A DNA stretch of 44,859 nt from Desulfobacteraceae bacterium (GCA_030618465.1 JAUXDD010000001.1:1-44859); one strand, 5' to 3'. Shown: positions 16,968 to 26,500, counted from the stretch's first letter. Program-made: numbers and translations. Notes: generated by a model not told the origin, from the sequence alone.

Positions 16968-19007
16968 TTAATTACATTCCTCGGTGTCTGTAATATACGC
17001 GGGAAGAATGTCAGGATTCGAATCATTGCAGTCTGTCAGTCTCCCAAGGTTTTCATCAATAATAGGTTCGCCGCTTGATGTTGATCCAGGATTATAGGAA
17101 AACCCATCCCCGTCAAAATCACGATACGGATCAGATTCCCATAAATATTCAATATCCACGGGTTTAATACGGACACCGATATTTTCTTCGTTTATCACTT
17201 TTATAAATTCATCGGTAATAAGCGCGTAGCCGGTGTAGGACGGGTGATAGCCGTCCAGGCTGTAGAAGCCTTTTCCATAAGTCCGCGTGATAGTATCCGG
17301 GTCTTCAGCAGACGGACCCAGGTCGTCGAACCAGTCGTCCTGGCGGTTGGAGACCGGAATTCCGTCCCCGCTTCTAAGTTTATTGAAAAGAGCTGTCGTA
17401 TTTTCATCATCTTCGGAGTTAAGTTCAACGAGGGTTACGTTGGTGTTGTCGCTTGCCAGTGCTTCTATTTTGTTGTTTATGTCATCAATTACATTATTGA
17501 TTAATATAACTTCATCCGAATCTAATATGTTGGAATCAACTGCCACTGTCTGAGTAATCCGGGCATTAAGTGAGCTGCTGTCAACATTTAGTTCTTTGGC
17601 AATACAGTCCTGGGTCGGGTGAGACAGGTCAATATTTGCCGGAGAATTTAAGCTTAAAAAAGGACCGAATCCAATATATTCGGTGTTTTCTATGGCTGTA
17701 ATTGAATTTTCCGGATTTTCATAACTGGCAAGAAATTCAAGGTCTGTTTTGTTAAAAAGTGTCCCGAATGAATTTACATAAGGAATATTGGCAATAAAGA
17801 TATGAACAGCATCGCGGGAAATTTCGTTGTTCAGTCTGCTTATTATAGTTTCGAGGTTTGTTTTTACTGTGTTTATATGTTCTTCTGAGAGGTAATCGTT
17901 GATGTCTTCCTCTGTGAGTTTTGACCAGGTATCAGCTGCGGCTGCGCCTAAAATATCATTGTTTCCAACCCAAAGAGTTATAATTATTCGCTTATCTTCA
18001 TTATCTTTTTTATTCGCAAGATAAATGGCTGCTTCAAGCTGGGATACATCTTCGCCTTTTTCTGTTGATTCCTGAATGGGCTTCATTAATTCATCTAAAA
18101 GGTTGTTGCCGCTGGTTGTAGTTTTTTCATTTAGCAGAGTTTCTGTCGTGGCACCATCTACCCCAAGGTTGTACGGTAGTATGGTCGCGTCCTTCCGTGT
18201 TTTGGTTGCAACGTCATTTTCTTTGCTTTTTAGTATTAATGGATTGGCCCACGTCAAAGAACATCCCGTTCCCATATAGTGAGACAGTAAATACGCAAAA
18301 CTGTGTTCCTGGGTGTGTTCATGCACATTTCCTGTGCCGGCCTGAGTACCGTTTGTAAAATTGTCACCCATGTTGATCAGCACAATATCACTGGCATTGT
18401 TTTTTGCCAGTGACTTGAAGAGATGTGATTGAGCATAATCAGCAGAGACCAGGGTTCGTTCCTCTTCAAAAACACCTTCAGAATACAGCGTGTCAAGAAG
18501 TGCTTGCAGATCAGGATTGTTAGCCTCGAAATCGTCAGTTGAATGTTCGAAAGTTATTGTAATTCCCCTGGCGTGTGTGTGAGTGTCACTGGTAATTTCG
18601 ATCCCGTTTTCAGGGTCGCCATCAATATCAAGGGTCAGGATAAATCGGGCAATGTTTAATACGGATTCGTTTTCTACAAAGATTGCCCCCGCCACAAGCT
18701 CTATGGGCGTCATTAATGCTTCTGCTTCAGCAGGATCGCCAGCGATCAATGCCACATCACCAATAAAGAACTGGATAATTTCGCCCGTTTTAAAATAAAA
18801 TTTTCCATCGCTGTTTGTTAATCCGGTTCTGCTGCCACAGATATATCGCAGCCCGCTTACTTCACTGTCAACAAACCGGCCAACCAGTAACGTGTCTCTG
18901 GGACTGCTGGTGCAGCTCATGCAAATAATCATTAATATCGGGATCAGACGCAACTGTTTAAAATTATAACGTTTATTTTTGTGAAACGGTTTTATATATT
19001 TCATCAA
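16968..19007 (-). CDS. secreted or lipoprotein GDSL/SGNH-fold protein with Asn at the nucleophile position
   Basis: 679 aa.
- N-terminus: hydrophobic, with Cys residues ('LMIICMSCTSS').
- SGNH blocks: I 'MGDNFTNG', II 'NLGVDGATT', III 'LWVGNNDIL', V 'DGYHPSYTGY'.
- C-terminus: 'DFDGDGFSYNPG', a Ca-binding-like DxDxDG motif. Confidence 0.75.
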   Translation of the reverse strand: MMKYIKPFHKNKRYNFKQLRLIPILMIICMSCTSSPRDTLLVGRFVDSEVSGLRYICGSRTGLTNSDGKFYFKTGEIIQFFIGDVALIAGDPAEAEALMTPIELVAGAIFVENESVLNIARFILTLDIDGDPENGIEITSDTHTHARGITITFEHSTDDFEANNPDLQALLDTLYSEGVFEEERTLVSADYAQSHLFKSLAKNNASDIVLINMGDNFTNGTQAGTGNVHEHTQEHSFAYLLSHYMGTGCSLTWANPLILKSKENDVATKTRKDATILPYNLGVDGATTETLLNEKTTTSGNNLLDELMKPIQESTEKGEDVSQLEAAIYLANKKDNEDKRIIITLWVGNNDILGAAAADTWSKLTEEDINDYLSEEHINTVKTNLETIISRLNNEISRDAVHIFIANIPYVNSFGTLFNKTDLEFLASYENPENSITAIENTEYIGFGPFLSLNSPANIDLSHPTQDCIAKELNVDSSSLNARITQTVAVDSNILDSDEVILINNVIDDINNKIEALASDNTNVTLVELNSEDDENTTALFNKLRSGDGIPVSNRQDDWFDDLGPSAEDPDTITRTYGKGFYSLDGYHPSYTGYALITDEFIKVINEENIGVRIKPVDIEYLWESDPYRDFDGDGFSYNPGSTSSGEPIIDENLGRLTDCNDSNPDILPAYITDTEECN

Positions 19008-19188
19008 CCGATATACCTCCGTAAGAAAAAAATCAAAATGGATATTTCTGATGGCTGTATCAATTTGTATTTTGTGTAAAAGGCCTCGCCTTTAATTAAG
19101 ATGACACATGTTCCGAGACCAGTGATATATATGAGACTTATTCATTTATGTCAAAGGGAATAGATTGTGGTTTTAAATTATTTGTCTG

Positions 19189-19217
19189 TTGACATAAAAA
19201 AATCAATTTGATATTGA
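19189..19217 (+). promoter_or_regulatory. candidate sigma70-type promoter upstream of the 19354 gene
   Basis: TTGACA (19189..19194), a 17-nt spacer, then TATTGA (19212..19217). Pattern match only in AT-rich DNA. Confidence 0.25.
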
Positions 19218-19353
19218 AACCCTTTTGCCAAAAAAACCAATAATTTCATTTGTTTTTAGCTGGGTTCCTGAGATTTATGTTCCGGACTATTCAATTGTTA
19301 TTTTCTGAATTTTTTTGGATTTATTTGAAAGTAAAATTTTGGAGGATATATTT

Positions 19354-19962
19354 ATGAATGATTTTCTTCACAAACTAAGAAAAGGTCAGGATTATAAAAG
19401 AACCGGGAATGATGTTCGTTATATTAATAAGTCCAGGTATTATGACGGAAATAAAAACGGGTCCAATGATTATCGAGGAAAAAAAAATCATGCCGGATCC
19501 GTGAGAAATAAATCCCATCTTACAGAAGAAATATTTGCTGATATAAAAGAAAGTATCCAGAATATCAAAGAAAGCCAGAAAAGACTGGCAGAAGCTGAAG
19601 AAAGAAGAGCGATCGCTGACGAACGTATGGCTGATGCGTTGGAATTACTGGTTGGCACCGTTGGCCCTTTGTTTGGCATTCAAAGCGATATTTCAGAAGA
19701 ACATAAGCAATACCCTGAGCCTGTGCATTCAAACAATGATGATTGCAAAGCGAGCAAGATGAAAAATCTGGTTAAGACAGCATCGGGAAATGATCGGGAC
19801 AGGGTGATGGATATTATAACTGTAATGCGTAGTGCCGATAAGACATATAAAGAGATTGCCGAGTGTCTGGAAAAAGAGAATTTACCAACATTCTCAGGAA
19901 GAGGTAATTGGCATGCCCAGACCGTTCACAGGTTATGTCGGCAGGTTTGTTTGAGTGATTAA
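19354..19962 (+). CDS. hypothetical protein with a C-terminal resolvase/recombinase-type HTH-like segment
   Basis: ATG 19354 is preceded by GGAGGA at 19341..19346.
- N-terminus: basic and low-complexity (N/K/R/G/Y rich).
- Centre: coiled-coil 'KESQKRLAEAEERRAIADERMADALELL'.
- C-terminus: 'KTYKEIAECLEKENLPTFSGRGNWHAQTVHRLCRQ', which resembles DNA-binding HTH modules of serine recombinases. Confidence 0.6.
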   Translation: MNDFLHKLRKGQDYKRTGNDVRYINKSRYYDGNKNGSNDYRGKKNHAGSVRNKSHLTEEIFADIKESIQNIKESQKRLAEAEERRAIADERMADALELLVGTVGPLFGIQSDISEEHKQYPEPVHSNNDDCKASKMKNLVKTASGNDRDRVMDIITVMRSADKTYKEIAECLEKENLPTFSGRGNWHAQTVHRLCRQVCLSD

Positions 19963-19973
19963 TACAGACATGG

Positions 19974-20258
19974 CTATTTTACCTGTTTAATTGAATTTAA
20001 ATATTGGTCCCATTCCATTGGGAGCAGATATTTTTTTTGTGTGTTGCATTCCTTGCATGCCGGCGTAACATTGCCTTTTGTCGTTTTTCCCCCGCGGGAT
20101 AGTGCTACAATATGATCCATTGTAAGTTCTCTGGGCGGGGTAGGGCGCATGCAATAGTAGCATCTGCCTTTAGCACAACGTCTTTTCCACCACTGGGAAT
20201 TTTTCAGATCCCGGGCTTTTGCTTTTTCCTTTTTTATATCTGATTCATCCGGATACAT
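19974..20258 (-). CDS. HNH endonuclease (small, stand-alone)
   Basis: 94 aa with 'CYYC...DHIVALSRGGKTTKGNVTPACKECNTQK', the HNH motif with a CxxC pair. Confidence 0.85.
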   Translation of the reverse strand: MYPDESDIKKEKAKARDLKNSQWWKRRCAKGRCYYCMRPTPPRELTMDHIVALSRGGKTTKGNVTPACKECNTQKKYLLPMEWDQYLNSIKQVK

Positions 20259-20310
20259 AAGAATGATATCTCATCAATGTTTCTGCTTTCGATTGAATTT
20301 TCAACGGGCG

Positions 20311-21156
20311 CTATCTTTTTTGTTCAAATGACAATCCAATATTATTCAGCCAGTTATAAATTTCCATGCAAAGGATTTGATAATAGCTTTCTGACCCGCC
20401 AAGTCCGCGTCTTCCAAAAAAATAATTGATTTCAAGAATCAGCGGCTTCAATTCAGGGGAAAAAATAAAATCAATTCCCGCTAGATTAAGACCGGTTTTT
20501 TTACAGAATTTTTTTGTTTCAACGGAAGCCGATTCCTGCAGTTCCGGGTCCGCGGATTTATCTATGTGTGCCCCTTTTGAAAGAGTTACAATTACATTGT
20601 CGGGATTTTCATTAATTCGCCAGTACGTGATAATTTTTTTGTTTATGACGACAACACGTAATGTCCTGTTGTTTGCCGGTATATATTCCTGGATGAGGAA
20701 ACCGTACTGGCCGGTTTTTTCGAAACCAGCAGCTTTTTCCAATACATCCATAAATGTCGATAGTGACTTGACATAAAAAACAGTGGATCCCTCTCCGCCC
20801 CAGTTAAATTTAAAAATACACGGAAAGATTAATCCTGTTTCTGCAGGAGGGTTCCCGTGGGTTTTATAAAATGAATCAATATCAGGATATGTATTTGTAT
20901 GTGGATACAAAATACCTGTTTTTTTGAAAAGGTGAATCTGCCCGATTTTTTCCTTGTATGTAAACCGGGCATCATAATTGGGGAAAACGTGTCCGCAGTT
21001 TGCCCTGGCCATTTGATATAACGATTCCCGGCAACCCTGTGGAAGAATTACGGCATCTGCCTGTTTTATAGCTTGCAAATCATTATGTTGAGGTTCACGC
21101 CCGGCGCAGATGATATTCATATCTGCTTCAAAGCATGGATGATAAGAGAGAATCAT
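20311..21156 (-). CDS. ATP-grasp domain protein (RimK-type ligase fold)
   Basis: 281 aa. The pattern 'FKFNWGGEGSTVFYV...FLIQEYIP...LRVVVI...AGIDFIF...LILEINYFFG' parallels the ATP-grasp core of RimK/GshB-type ligases. Its ATG overlaps the era TGA (ATGA at 21156..21153). Confidence 0.75.
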   Translation of the reverse strand: MILSYHPCFEADMNIICAGREPQHNDLQAIKQADAVILPQGCRESLYQMARANCGHVFPNYDARFTYKEKIGQIHLFKKTGILYPHTNTYPDIDSFYKTHGNPPAETGLIFPCIFKFNWGGEGSTVFYVKSLSTFMDVLEKAAGFEKTGQYGFLIQEYIPANNRTLRVVVINKKIITYWRINENPDNVIVTLSKGAHIDKSADPELQESASVETKKFCKKTGLNLAGIDFIFSPELKPLILEINYFFGRRGLGGSESYYQILCMEIYNWLNNIGLSFEQKR

Positions 21157-22070
21157 CGGTATCCAAATCGCCTTAGTGATTTTGTGTCGCTGCTCCAGTT
21201 TTTCTGAACACGAACAAATAGTTTTAGAAAAACCCTGGCCCCGACCATCTTTTCAATTTCAATTCTGGCGTCTTCTCCGATGCTTTTCAATTTACTGCCG
21301 CCCTTTCCAATAATTATGCCTTTCTGGGAATTCCGTTCAACATGTATGGTCGCGTGAATTTTTACAAGGGAACCATTTTTTTCCTTTGAAAATGTATCTA
21401 CCGTAACGGCTGTGGAATAGGGGATTTCCTGACCTGTCAGGCGAAATACTTTTTCACGGATCATTTCCCCGGCAAAAAAGCGTACCGGAAGATCCGTGAG
21501 CATATCTTCCGGAAAAAGCGGAGGCCCCTTGGGAAGTAAATTTTCCATGGTATTGATTAATTGTTCCGTGTTGGTACCATGTTTGGCAGAAATCGGAAGT
21601 ATTGTGTCAAAGGGGTAGAGTTTGGACCACGTATCCATAACATCGTGTATGACCGATTTTTTAACCCGGTCAATTTTATTGAGAGCAAGAATCACCGGCA
21701 CGTTAATTTTTTTTAACTTTTCGACTAAATATTTTTCTGAAGAAACATCCGGCCTGGATATGTCAGCCAAAAGAAGAATAATATCTGCATCGCCAATGGT
21801 GTTCAGCGCCTGCTCCACTATATTTATGTTTAACGGGTCTTTGGCTTTATGTACACCGGGTGTATCGATGAAAATGATTTGTGATAGAGGGCGATGGGCA
21901 ATGCCGAGTATCCTGTTTCGCGTTGTCTGGGGTTTCTTGGAGGTTATGGAAATTTTTTCTCCAAGTACCTGATTGAGAAATGTTGATTTACCCGCATTGG
22001 GTGCACCGGAAATTGCGGTATATCCGGATTTGAATCCTTCGGGTATTTTAGTGGTGTTGGTCGTATTCAA
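21153..22070 (-). CDS. era: GTPase Era
   Basis: 305 aa with G1 'GAPNAGKST', G3 'DTPG', G4 'NKID' and a C-terminal KH domain ('IIGKGGSKLKSIG'). Confidence 0.95.
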   Translation of the reverse strand: MNTTNTTKIPEGFKSGYTAISGAPNAGKSTFLNQVLGEKISITSKKPQTTRNRILGIAHRPLSQIIFIDTPGVHKAKDPLNINIVEQALNTIGDADIILLLADISRPDVSSEKYLVEKLKKINVPVILALNKIDRVKKSVIHDVMDTWSKLYPFDTILPISAKHGTNTEQLINTMENLLPKGPPLFPEDMLTDLPVRFFAGEMIREKVFRLTGQEIPYSTAVTVDTFSKEKNGSLVKIHATIHVERNSQKGIIIGKGGSKLKSIGEDARIEIEKMVGARVFLKLFVRVQKNWSSDTKSLRRFGYR

Positions 22071-22097
22071 AACACATCCTTGTATGAAAAATTTAAT

Positions 22098-22685
22098 TCA
22101 ATCTGTATGAAAGCAGTTGCCGATTGCATCCCAAACCGCATTAATTCCTTTTTTCGATTTAGCAGAAAAAAGTATAAAATCATTCGGGTCCGCGGAAAGG
22201 TTTTTTGTAATCAGGGCAATCTGCTGTTTATATTTTGATTTTTTCAGTTTATCCACCTTGGTTAACACCAGAATAACAGGAATCTTCAATTGGGAAAACC
22301 AGTTTTTTAGATTTATTTCTTCAGGGCCCGGTGTTCGTCTGATATCTATAATAAAAATAATGCATGATAAGGAAGATCTTGATGTGAGGTATTTTTCAAC
22401 CATGGGTGCCCACTTCTTTTTTACCTGGGCCGGCACCCGGGCGTACCCGTATCCGGGAAGATCTACAAAGGAAAAGGCATTATTAATTAAAAAAAAATTA
22501 ACCAGTTGGGTTCGTCCCGGAGTAGAACTTGTTTTTGCAAGGCGCTTTCTATTAACGAGAGTGTTTATCAAAGATGATTTGCCCACATTTGATCGTCCGA
22601 CAAATGCAATCTCAGGAAAGTCGGCCGGGGGATACTGTGATGGTTTAACCGCGCTGGTTATATATTCTGCTGATTTAATGATCAT
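22098..22685 (-). CDS. engB: ribosome biogenesis GTP-binding protein YihA/YsxC
   Basis: 195 aa with 'GRSNVGKSSLIN', 'DLPGYGYA' and 'TKVDK'. Confidence 0.93.
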   Translation of the reverse strand: MIIKSAEYITSAVKPSQYPPADFPEIAFVGRSNVGKSSLINTLVNRKRLAKTSSTPGRTQLVNFFLINNAFSFVDLPGYGYARVPAQVKKKWAPMVEKYLTSRSSLSCIIFIIDIRRTPGPEEINLKNWFSQLKIPVILVLTKVDKLKKSKYKQQIALITKNLSADPNDFILFSAKSKKGINAVWDAIGNCFHTD

Positions 22686-22713
22686 GATGGTGTAAATAAA
22701 ATAGACATGTGAA

Positions 22714-23871
22714 TTAACCGTAAAAAGTTTTAATATAATTTTTTATTCTGTCCATTCCTTCAATTATATTTTCCATGGAGTTTGCGTATGAAAACCGGAT
22801 ATATCCTTCACCGTTTTTACCAAAATCAATGCCCGGCGTTACGCCCACATGTGCTTTTTCAAGTATATCAAATGCCAGGTCATAAGAATTATTGGATAAA
22901 TGTTTTGCGTTAACAAAAATATAAAAAGCACCGGTTGGCTCAACGGTAATACCAAATCCCATTTCTTTCAGACGTTTGATCATGAACACCCGTCTTTCAT
23001 TGTAGATGGTTTTCATGCGTTTAATATCTTCACCTGCTTCTTTTAATGCAGTTATACCGGCTTTTTGTACGATTGAATTGGCCGATATAAAAAAGTTCTG
23101 CTGAATTTTCTGAATAGGGCGTATAAATGGCTCTGGTGCGATGAGATAGCCCAGGCGAAGCCCGGTCATGGCATAAAGCTTTGAAAATCCGTTTAAAACA
23201 AATGCATGATCGGTAAATTCAAGAATCGAATGTTCTTTTCCCTCATATACCAGACCATGATATATTTCATCGGAAATTATATACGGAGAAAATTCTGCAA
23301 TAGCTTTCATGCGTTTTTCAGAAAGAAGATTGCCTGTGGGATTTGATGGTGAATTGATAAAAATGGCCTTTGTTCGTTTTGAAATGTTTTTTTTAATTGC
23401 TTCCGGCCGGTATTGAAAACCGTCTTCTTCATAAACAGGTACGGTAACGGGTTCTCCATGGAGAAAATTTATGAAATTCGGATAACAGGCATAATGGGGA
23501 TCTGAAATAATTACCTGATCCCCTTTTTCAAGCAGCGCTGAAAACATCAGCAAGATTGCCGGGGACGTTCCTGATGTTATTACTATCTGGTTCGGGTTTA
23601 CCGTAATACGGTATGTGTGACGGTAATAATCACAAACAGCTTCTCTTAACTCAAGCATGCCAAGACTATGGGTATAATGCGTATGGCCGTCTTTAAGGGA
23701 TTGTATGGCAGCTGTTTTAATGCATTCGGGAGTGTCAAAATCAGGTTCGCCCACCTCAAGGTGAATCACACGAATTCCTTCACGTTCCATTTCATTTGCT
23801 TTTTCAAGAACATCCATAACAATGAAGGGTGGTATCTCTTTTGCGCGTTTTGAAATCATGATGTGTCTCAA
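22714..23871 (-). CDS. pyridoxal-phosphate-dependent aminotransferase (class I, aspartate aminotransferase-like)
   Basis: 385 aa with 'SNPTGN' and 'NGFSKLYAMTGLRLGY' (PLP lysine motif SK). The ORF-track start is TTG. The first ATG is at 23859 (MISKRAKE...). Confidence 0.9.
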   Translation of the reverse strand: MRHIMISKRAKEIPPFIVMDVLEKANEMEREGIRVIHLEVGEPDFDTPECIKTAAIQSLKDGHTHYTHSLGMLELREAVCDYYRHTYRITVNPNQIVITSGTSPAILLMFSALLEKGDQVIISDPHYACYPNFINFLHGEPVTVPVYEEDGFQYRPEAIKKNISKRTKAIFINSPSNPTGNLLSEKRMKAIAEFSPYIISDEIYHGLVYEGKEHSILEFTDHAFVLNGFSKLYAMTGLRLGYLIAPEPFIRPIQKIQQNFFISANSIVQKAGITALKEAGEDIKRMKTIYNERRVFMIKRLKEMGFGITVEPTGAFYIFVNAKHLSNNSYDLAFDILEKAHVGVTPGIDFGKNGEGYIRFSYANSMENIIEGMDRIKNYIKTFYG

Positions 23872-23898
23872 GCCTAAAAATATTGTAATTACAGCCTG

Positions 23899-24774
23899 TT
23901 AGATGACTTTGTTCAGGGGATATTCAATAATTCCTTCTGCCCCGTTTTCCAGGAGCTCAGGGATGAGTTTTCGTACTGTGTTTGAATCCACCACTGTCTC
24001 AACTGAAAACCAGTCGGAATTGTAAAGTGATGCAACTGTGGGTGCATTCAAGCTTGGGAGTATGGATACAATAGTATCAAGCTGATTGTTGGGAACATTC
24101 ATTTTTAGCCCCACCAGCTTTTCACCCAGAAGCGCGCCTTTGAGTAACAGAGATATCTGTTCAATTTTTTCCTTCTTTTCAGGATTTTTCCAGGATTCAT
24201 GATTTGCAATCAGCTGGGTATTGGTCTGCATGAGTTCATGGATAATTCTAAGACCATGTGCTTTTATCGTACTTTCAGTTTCTGTAATCTCTACAATTGC
24301 ATCAGCAAGACCGGAAACAACCTTTGCTTCTGTTGCACCCCATGAAAACTCTACTTTTACATCTATTCCTCTTTCAGAAAAATATTTCTTTGTGAAACCA
24401 GTCAGTTCGGTAGAGATTTTTTTACCCCGAAGGTCTTCAATTGTTTTAAAAGGTGAATCATAAGCCACAGCAAGCACCCACCTTGCCGGCCGGGCGCTTA
24501 CCTTGGAGTATACAAGGTCTGATACAAGATGAACATCAGAATTGTTTTCCGCGATCCAGTCTTTTCCGGTAAGTCCGGCGTCAAGGGCACCATTCTCAAT
24601 ATTGACAGACATTTCCTGGGCTCTGCACAAAGCACACTCCATGGTATCATCATTTATTTCAGGGAAATAGCTTCTGCCATTCACATTAATTTTCCAGCCG
24701 GAACGTTTAAAAAGCTCAATTGTTGATTTTTGAAGACTTCCTTTGGGAAGTCCGAATCTCAATTTGTTACTCAT
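23899..24774 (-). CDS. hisG: ATP phosphoribosyltransferase (long form)
   Basis: 291 aa with '[10 protein letters not shown]', 'DAGLTGKDW' and a C-terminal regulatory domain. It overlaps hisI by 4 nt. Confidence 0.93.
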   Translation of the reverse strand: MSNKLRFGLPKGSLQKSTIELFKRSGWKINVNGRSYFPEINDDTMECALCRAQEMSVNIENGALDAGLTGKDWIAENNSDVHLVSDLVYSKVSARPARWVLAVAYDSPFKTIEDLRGKKISTELTGFTKKYFSERGIDVKVEFSWGATEAKVVSGLADAIVEITETESTIKAHGLRIIHELMQTNTQLIANHESWKNPEKKEKIEQISLLLKGALLGEKLVGLKMNVPNNQLDTIVSILPSLNAPTVASLYNSDWFSVETVVDSNTVRKLIPELLENGAEGIIEYPLNKVI

Positions 24775-25148
24775 TTTTTATAAACCTCCCCGGGATCAAA
24801 TACAGGTTTTCCGACAATTTTTATTGAATTATTTTCAACCAGCTGGAAAAAGCAGCTTTTATGACCGGTATGGCATGCTGCGCCGCCAAGTTGGTCCACC
24901 TTGAAAATAACGGTATCATTGTCACAATCAATCCGGATTTCTTTAATAATCTGTACGTTGCCAGAGGTTTCGCCCTTTATCCATAACTTGTTTCTGGATC
25001 GACTGAAATACGTTGCTTTTCCGGAAGACAGAGACGCTTTCCAGGCCTCTTCATTTATATATGCAAGCATCAGCACTTCATTGGTTTTATAGTCCTGTGC
25101 AATGGCAGGAATGAGACCGTTGGTTTTTTTAAAATCAAGATCAATCAT
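24771..25148 (-). CDS. hisI: phosphoribosyl-AMP cyclohydrolase
   Basis: 125 aa with 'GLIPAIAQD', '[18 protein letters not shown]' and 'DCDNDT...GGAACHTG'. Confidence 0.93.
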   Translation of the reverse strand: MIDLDFKKTNGLIPAIAQDYKTNEVLMLAYINEEAWKASLSSGKATYFSRSRNKLWIKGETSGNVQIIKEIRIDCDNDTVIFKVDQLGGAACHTGHKSCFFQLVENNSIKIVGKPVFDPGEVYKK

Positions 25149-25298
25149 TTTAAAATACGCCTCAATACAGTTAATTTATGTAATAAACATCCTATTTAAA
25201 ACCGTTTTCATTAACAACAATTTTAAGAAAAAGTCAAATTATATTTGAAAAATTTAATAATTAATATGAAAAGCGTGACTTTACAATACTGTAAAAAA

Positions 25299-26129
25299 TC
25301 ATTCGTTTTTTAGAAAAACAATACTTGCCCATCCTTTTTCTTTTTTTTCCCAGAAGAATGAGAAATTATTTGCGGAAAACGTATCAACAATTTTCTCTAT
25401 TTCGTAAATTTTTATGCCGGAAATGACAACAGCACTTCTCCTTTCAGTGAGTTTATTAATAGTTGGACAGATTGATATTATTGTGGGGCACCTGAGGTTT
25501 GCCGTTATGAGAGAAAACCTGGTTTTTAATTTATCTATATCGTGATTGTATATTTTTATTCGGTCACCCAATTGATTTAACAAAACATTATCTTTAGATT
25601 CTTTTATGGCGCAGGGATCAATATCTATTCCAATGGCGGAATTAATACCCAGTACAACAGATACAATAGCCAGTATCCCGGACCCTGTTCCGATATCAAG
25701 GGCAGAGGTGTTCATAGGCGGTTTTAAATATGATAAACGGGAAAGTACATACTCAATACCAATGATAGAAAGTCTTGTTGTTGGGTGTTGACCGGATCCG
25801 AATGACACCCCGCGGTTTATTTTTACAACGGTTCGCCCGTGGTCTGTTTTACAGGTGTTGCATGGTGGGGCAATTATTATCGTATCGGATATTCTTACCG
25901 GCTTATTAAATGATTGTTCAATAAATGTACAGCCATAATGGGATGTGTACTCGATTTTACCGTCATAAACAAGTTCTTTTAATGCTGATTTAATTTGCGA
26001 TTTTACAAAGGGCGGTTTTTTTGTAAATATGCGAATAAGTGACTGCGGGGTCAGTTTATCTGTGGATTCCGAAATCAAACATAATATTTTGTTTTTAATT
26101 TCAGATGAAGTTAAATCAATAGCGGACAT
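25299..26129 (-). CDS. PrmA-like SAM-dependent methyltransferase (ribosomal protein L11 methyltransferase family)
   Basis: 276 aa. 'FGSGQHPTTRL' and 'LDIGTGSGILAI' are the PrmA signatures. The N-terminal ~100 aa do not look like the canonical PrmA N-domain. Confidence 0.75.
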   Translation of the reverse strand: MSAIDLTSSEIKNKILCLISESTDKLTPQSLIRIFTKKPPFVKSQIKSALKELVYDGKIEYTSHYGCTFIEQSFNKPVRISDTIIIAPPCNTCKTDHGRTVVKINRGVSFGSGQHPTTRLSIIGIEYVLSRLSYLKPPMNTSALDIGTGSGILAIVSVVLGINSAIGIDIDPCAIKESKDNVLLNQLGDRIKIYNHDIDKLKTRFSLITANLRCPTIISICPTINKLTERRSAVVISGIKIYEIEKIVDTFSANNFSFFWEKKEKGWASIVFLKNE

Positions 26130-26152
26130 ATTTTAATAAAAAAGTTTATTAA

Positions 26153-26500
26153 TTACTCTTTTCCTTCCTTTTTCAATAATTCCTGGTACCAACAGGAAAA
26201 ATCGTACATACCTTTATATGTTTCCTGGTTATTAATTAATCCCATACAAAGATCAAATGCACCCCGGCCATATTCATTGCTGTAATCTTCATGTTTTCTG
26301 CTTTGAAGAAATTCCCTGACCAATTGCTGGCTGGTTCGCTGGGTTTTATCTTTTCGTATATCTATCGGGTCTTTAGGCTCTTGAAAAGGATCCCATTTAT
26401 CATATCCTTTTTTTGAGATATGCCTTTGGCCTCTTGGGCTCATGCTGTCAAAAATGATTTTTTTTTTATTTTCTATTTCTTCTTTTGAATATTCCGACAT
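26153..26500 (-). CDS. hypothetical protein
   Basis: 115-aa charged ORF packed tightly between its neighbours (11 and 23 nt gaps) on the same strand. No motif recognised. Confidence 0.5.
   Translation of the reverse strand: MSEYSKEEIENKKKIIFDSMSPRGQRHISKKGYDKWDPFQEPKDPIDIRKDKTQRTSQQLVREFLQSRKHEDYSNEYGRGAFDLCMGLINNQETYKGMYDFSCWYQELLKKEGKE

Noticed and set aside
22117-22695. A 192-aa plus-strand ORF almost exactly co-extensive with, and antisense to, engB.
   Set aside because: The product is low-complexity and hydrophobic with no motif, while the minus-strand frame has all the EngB GTPase motifs. In this relative frame, stops arise only at NNY-TAN or NNT-CAN sense dicodons, so a full-length shadow ORF is plausible by chance. 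I treat it as a shadow ORF.
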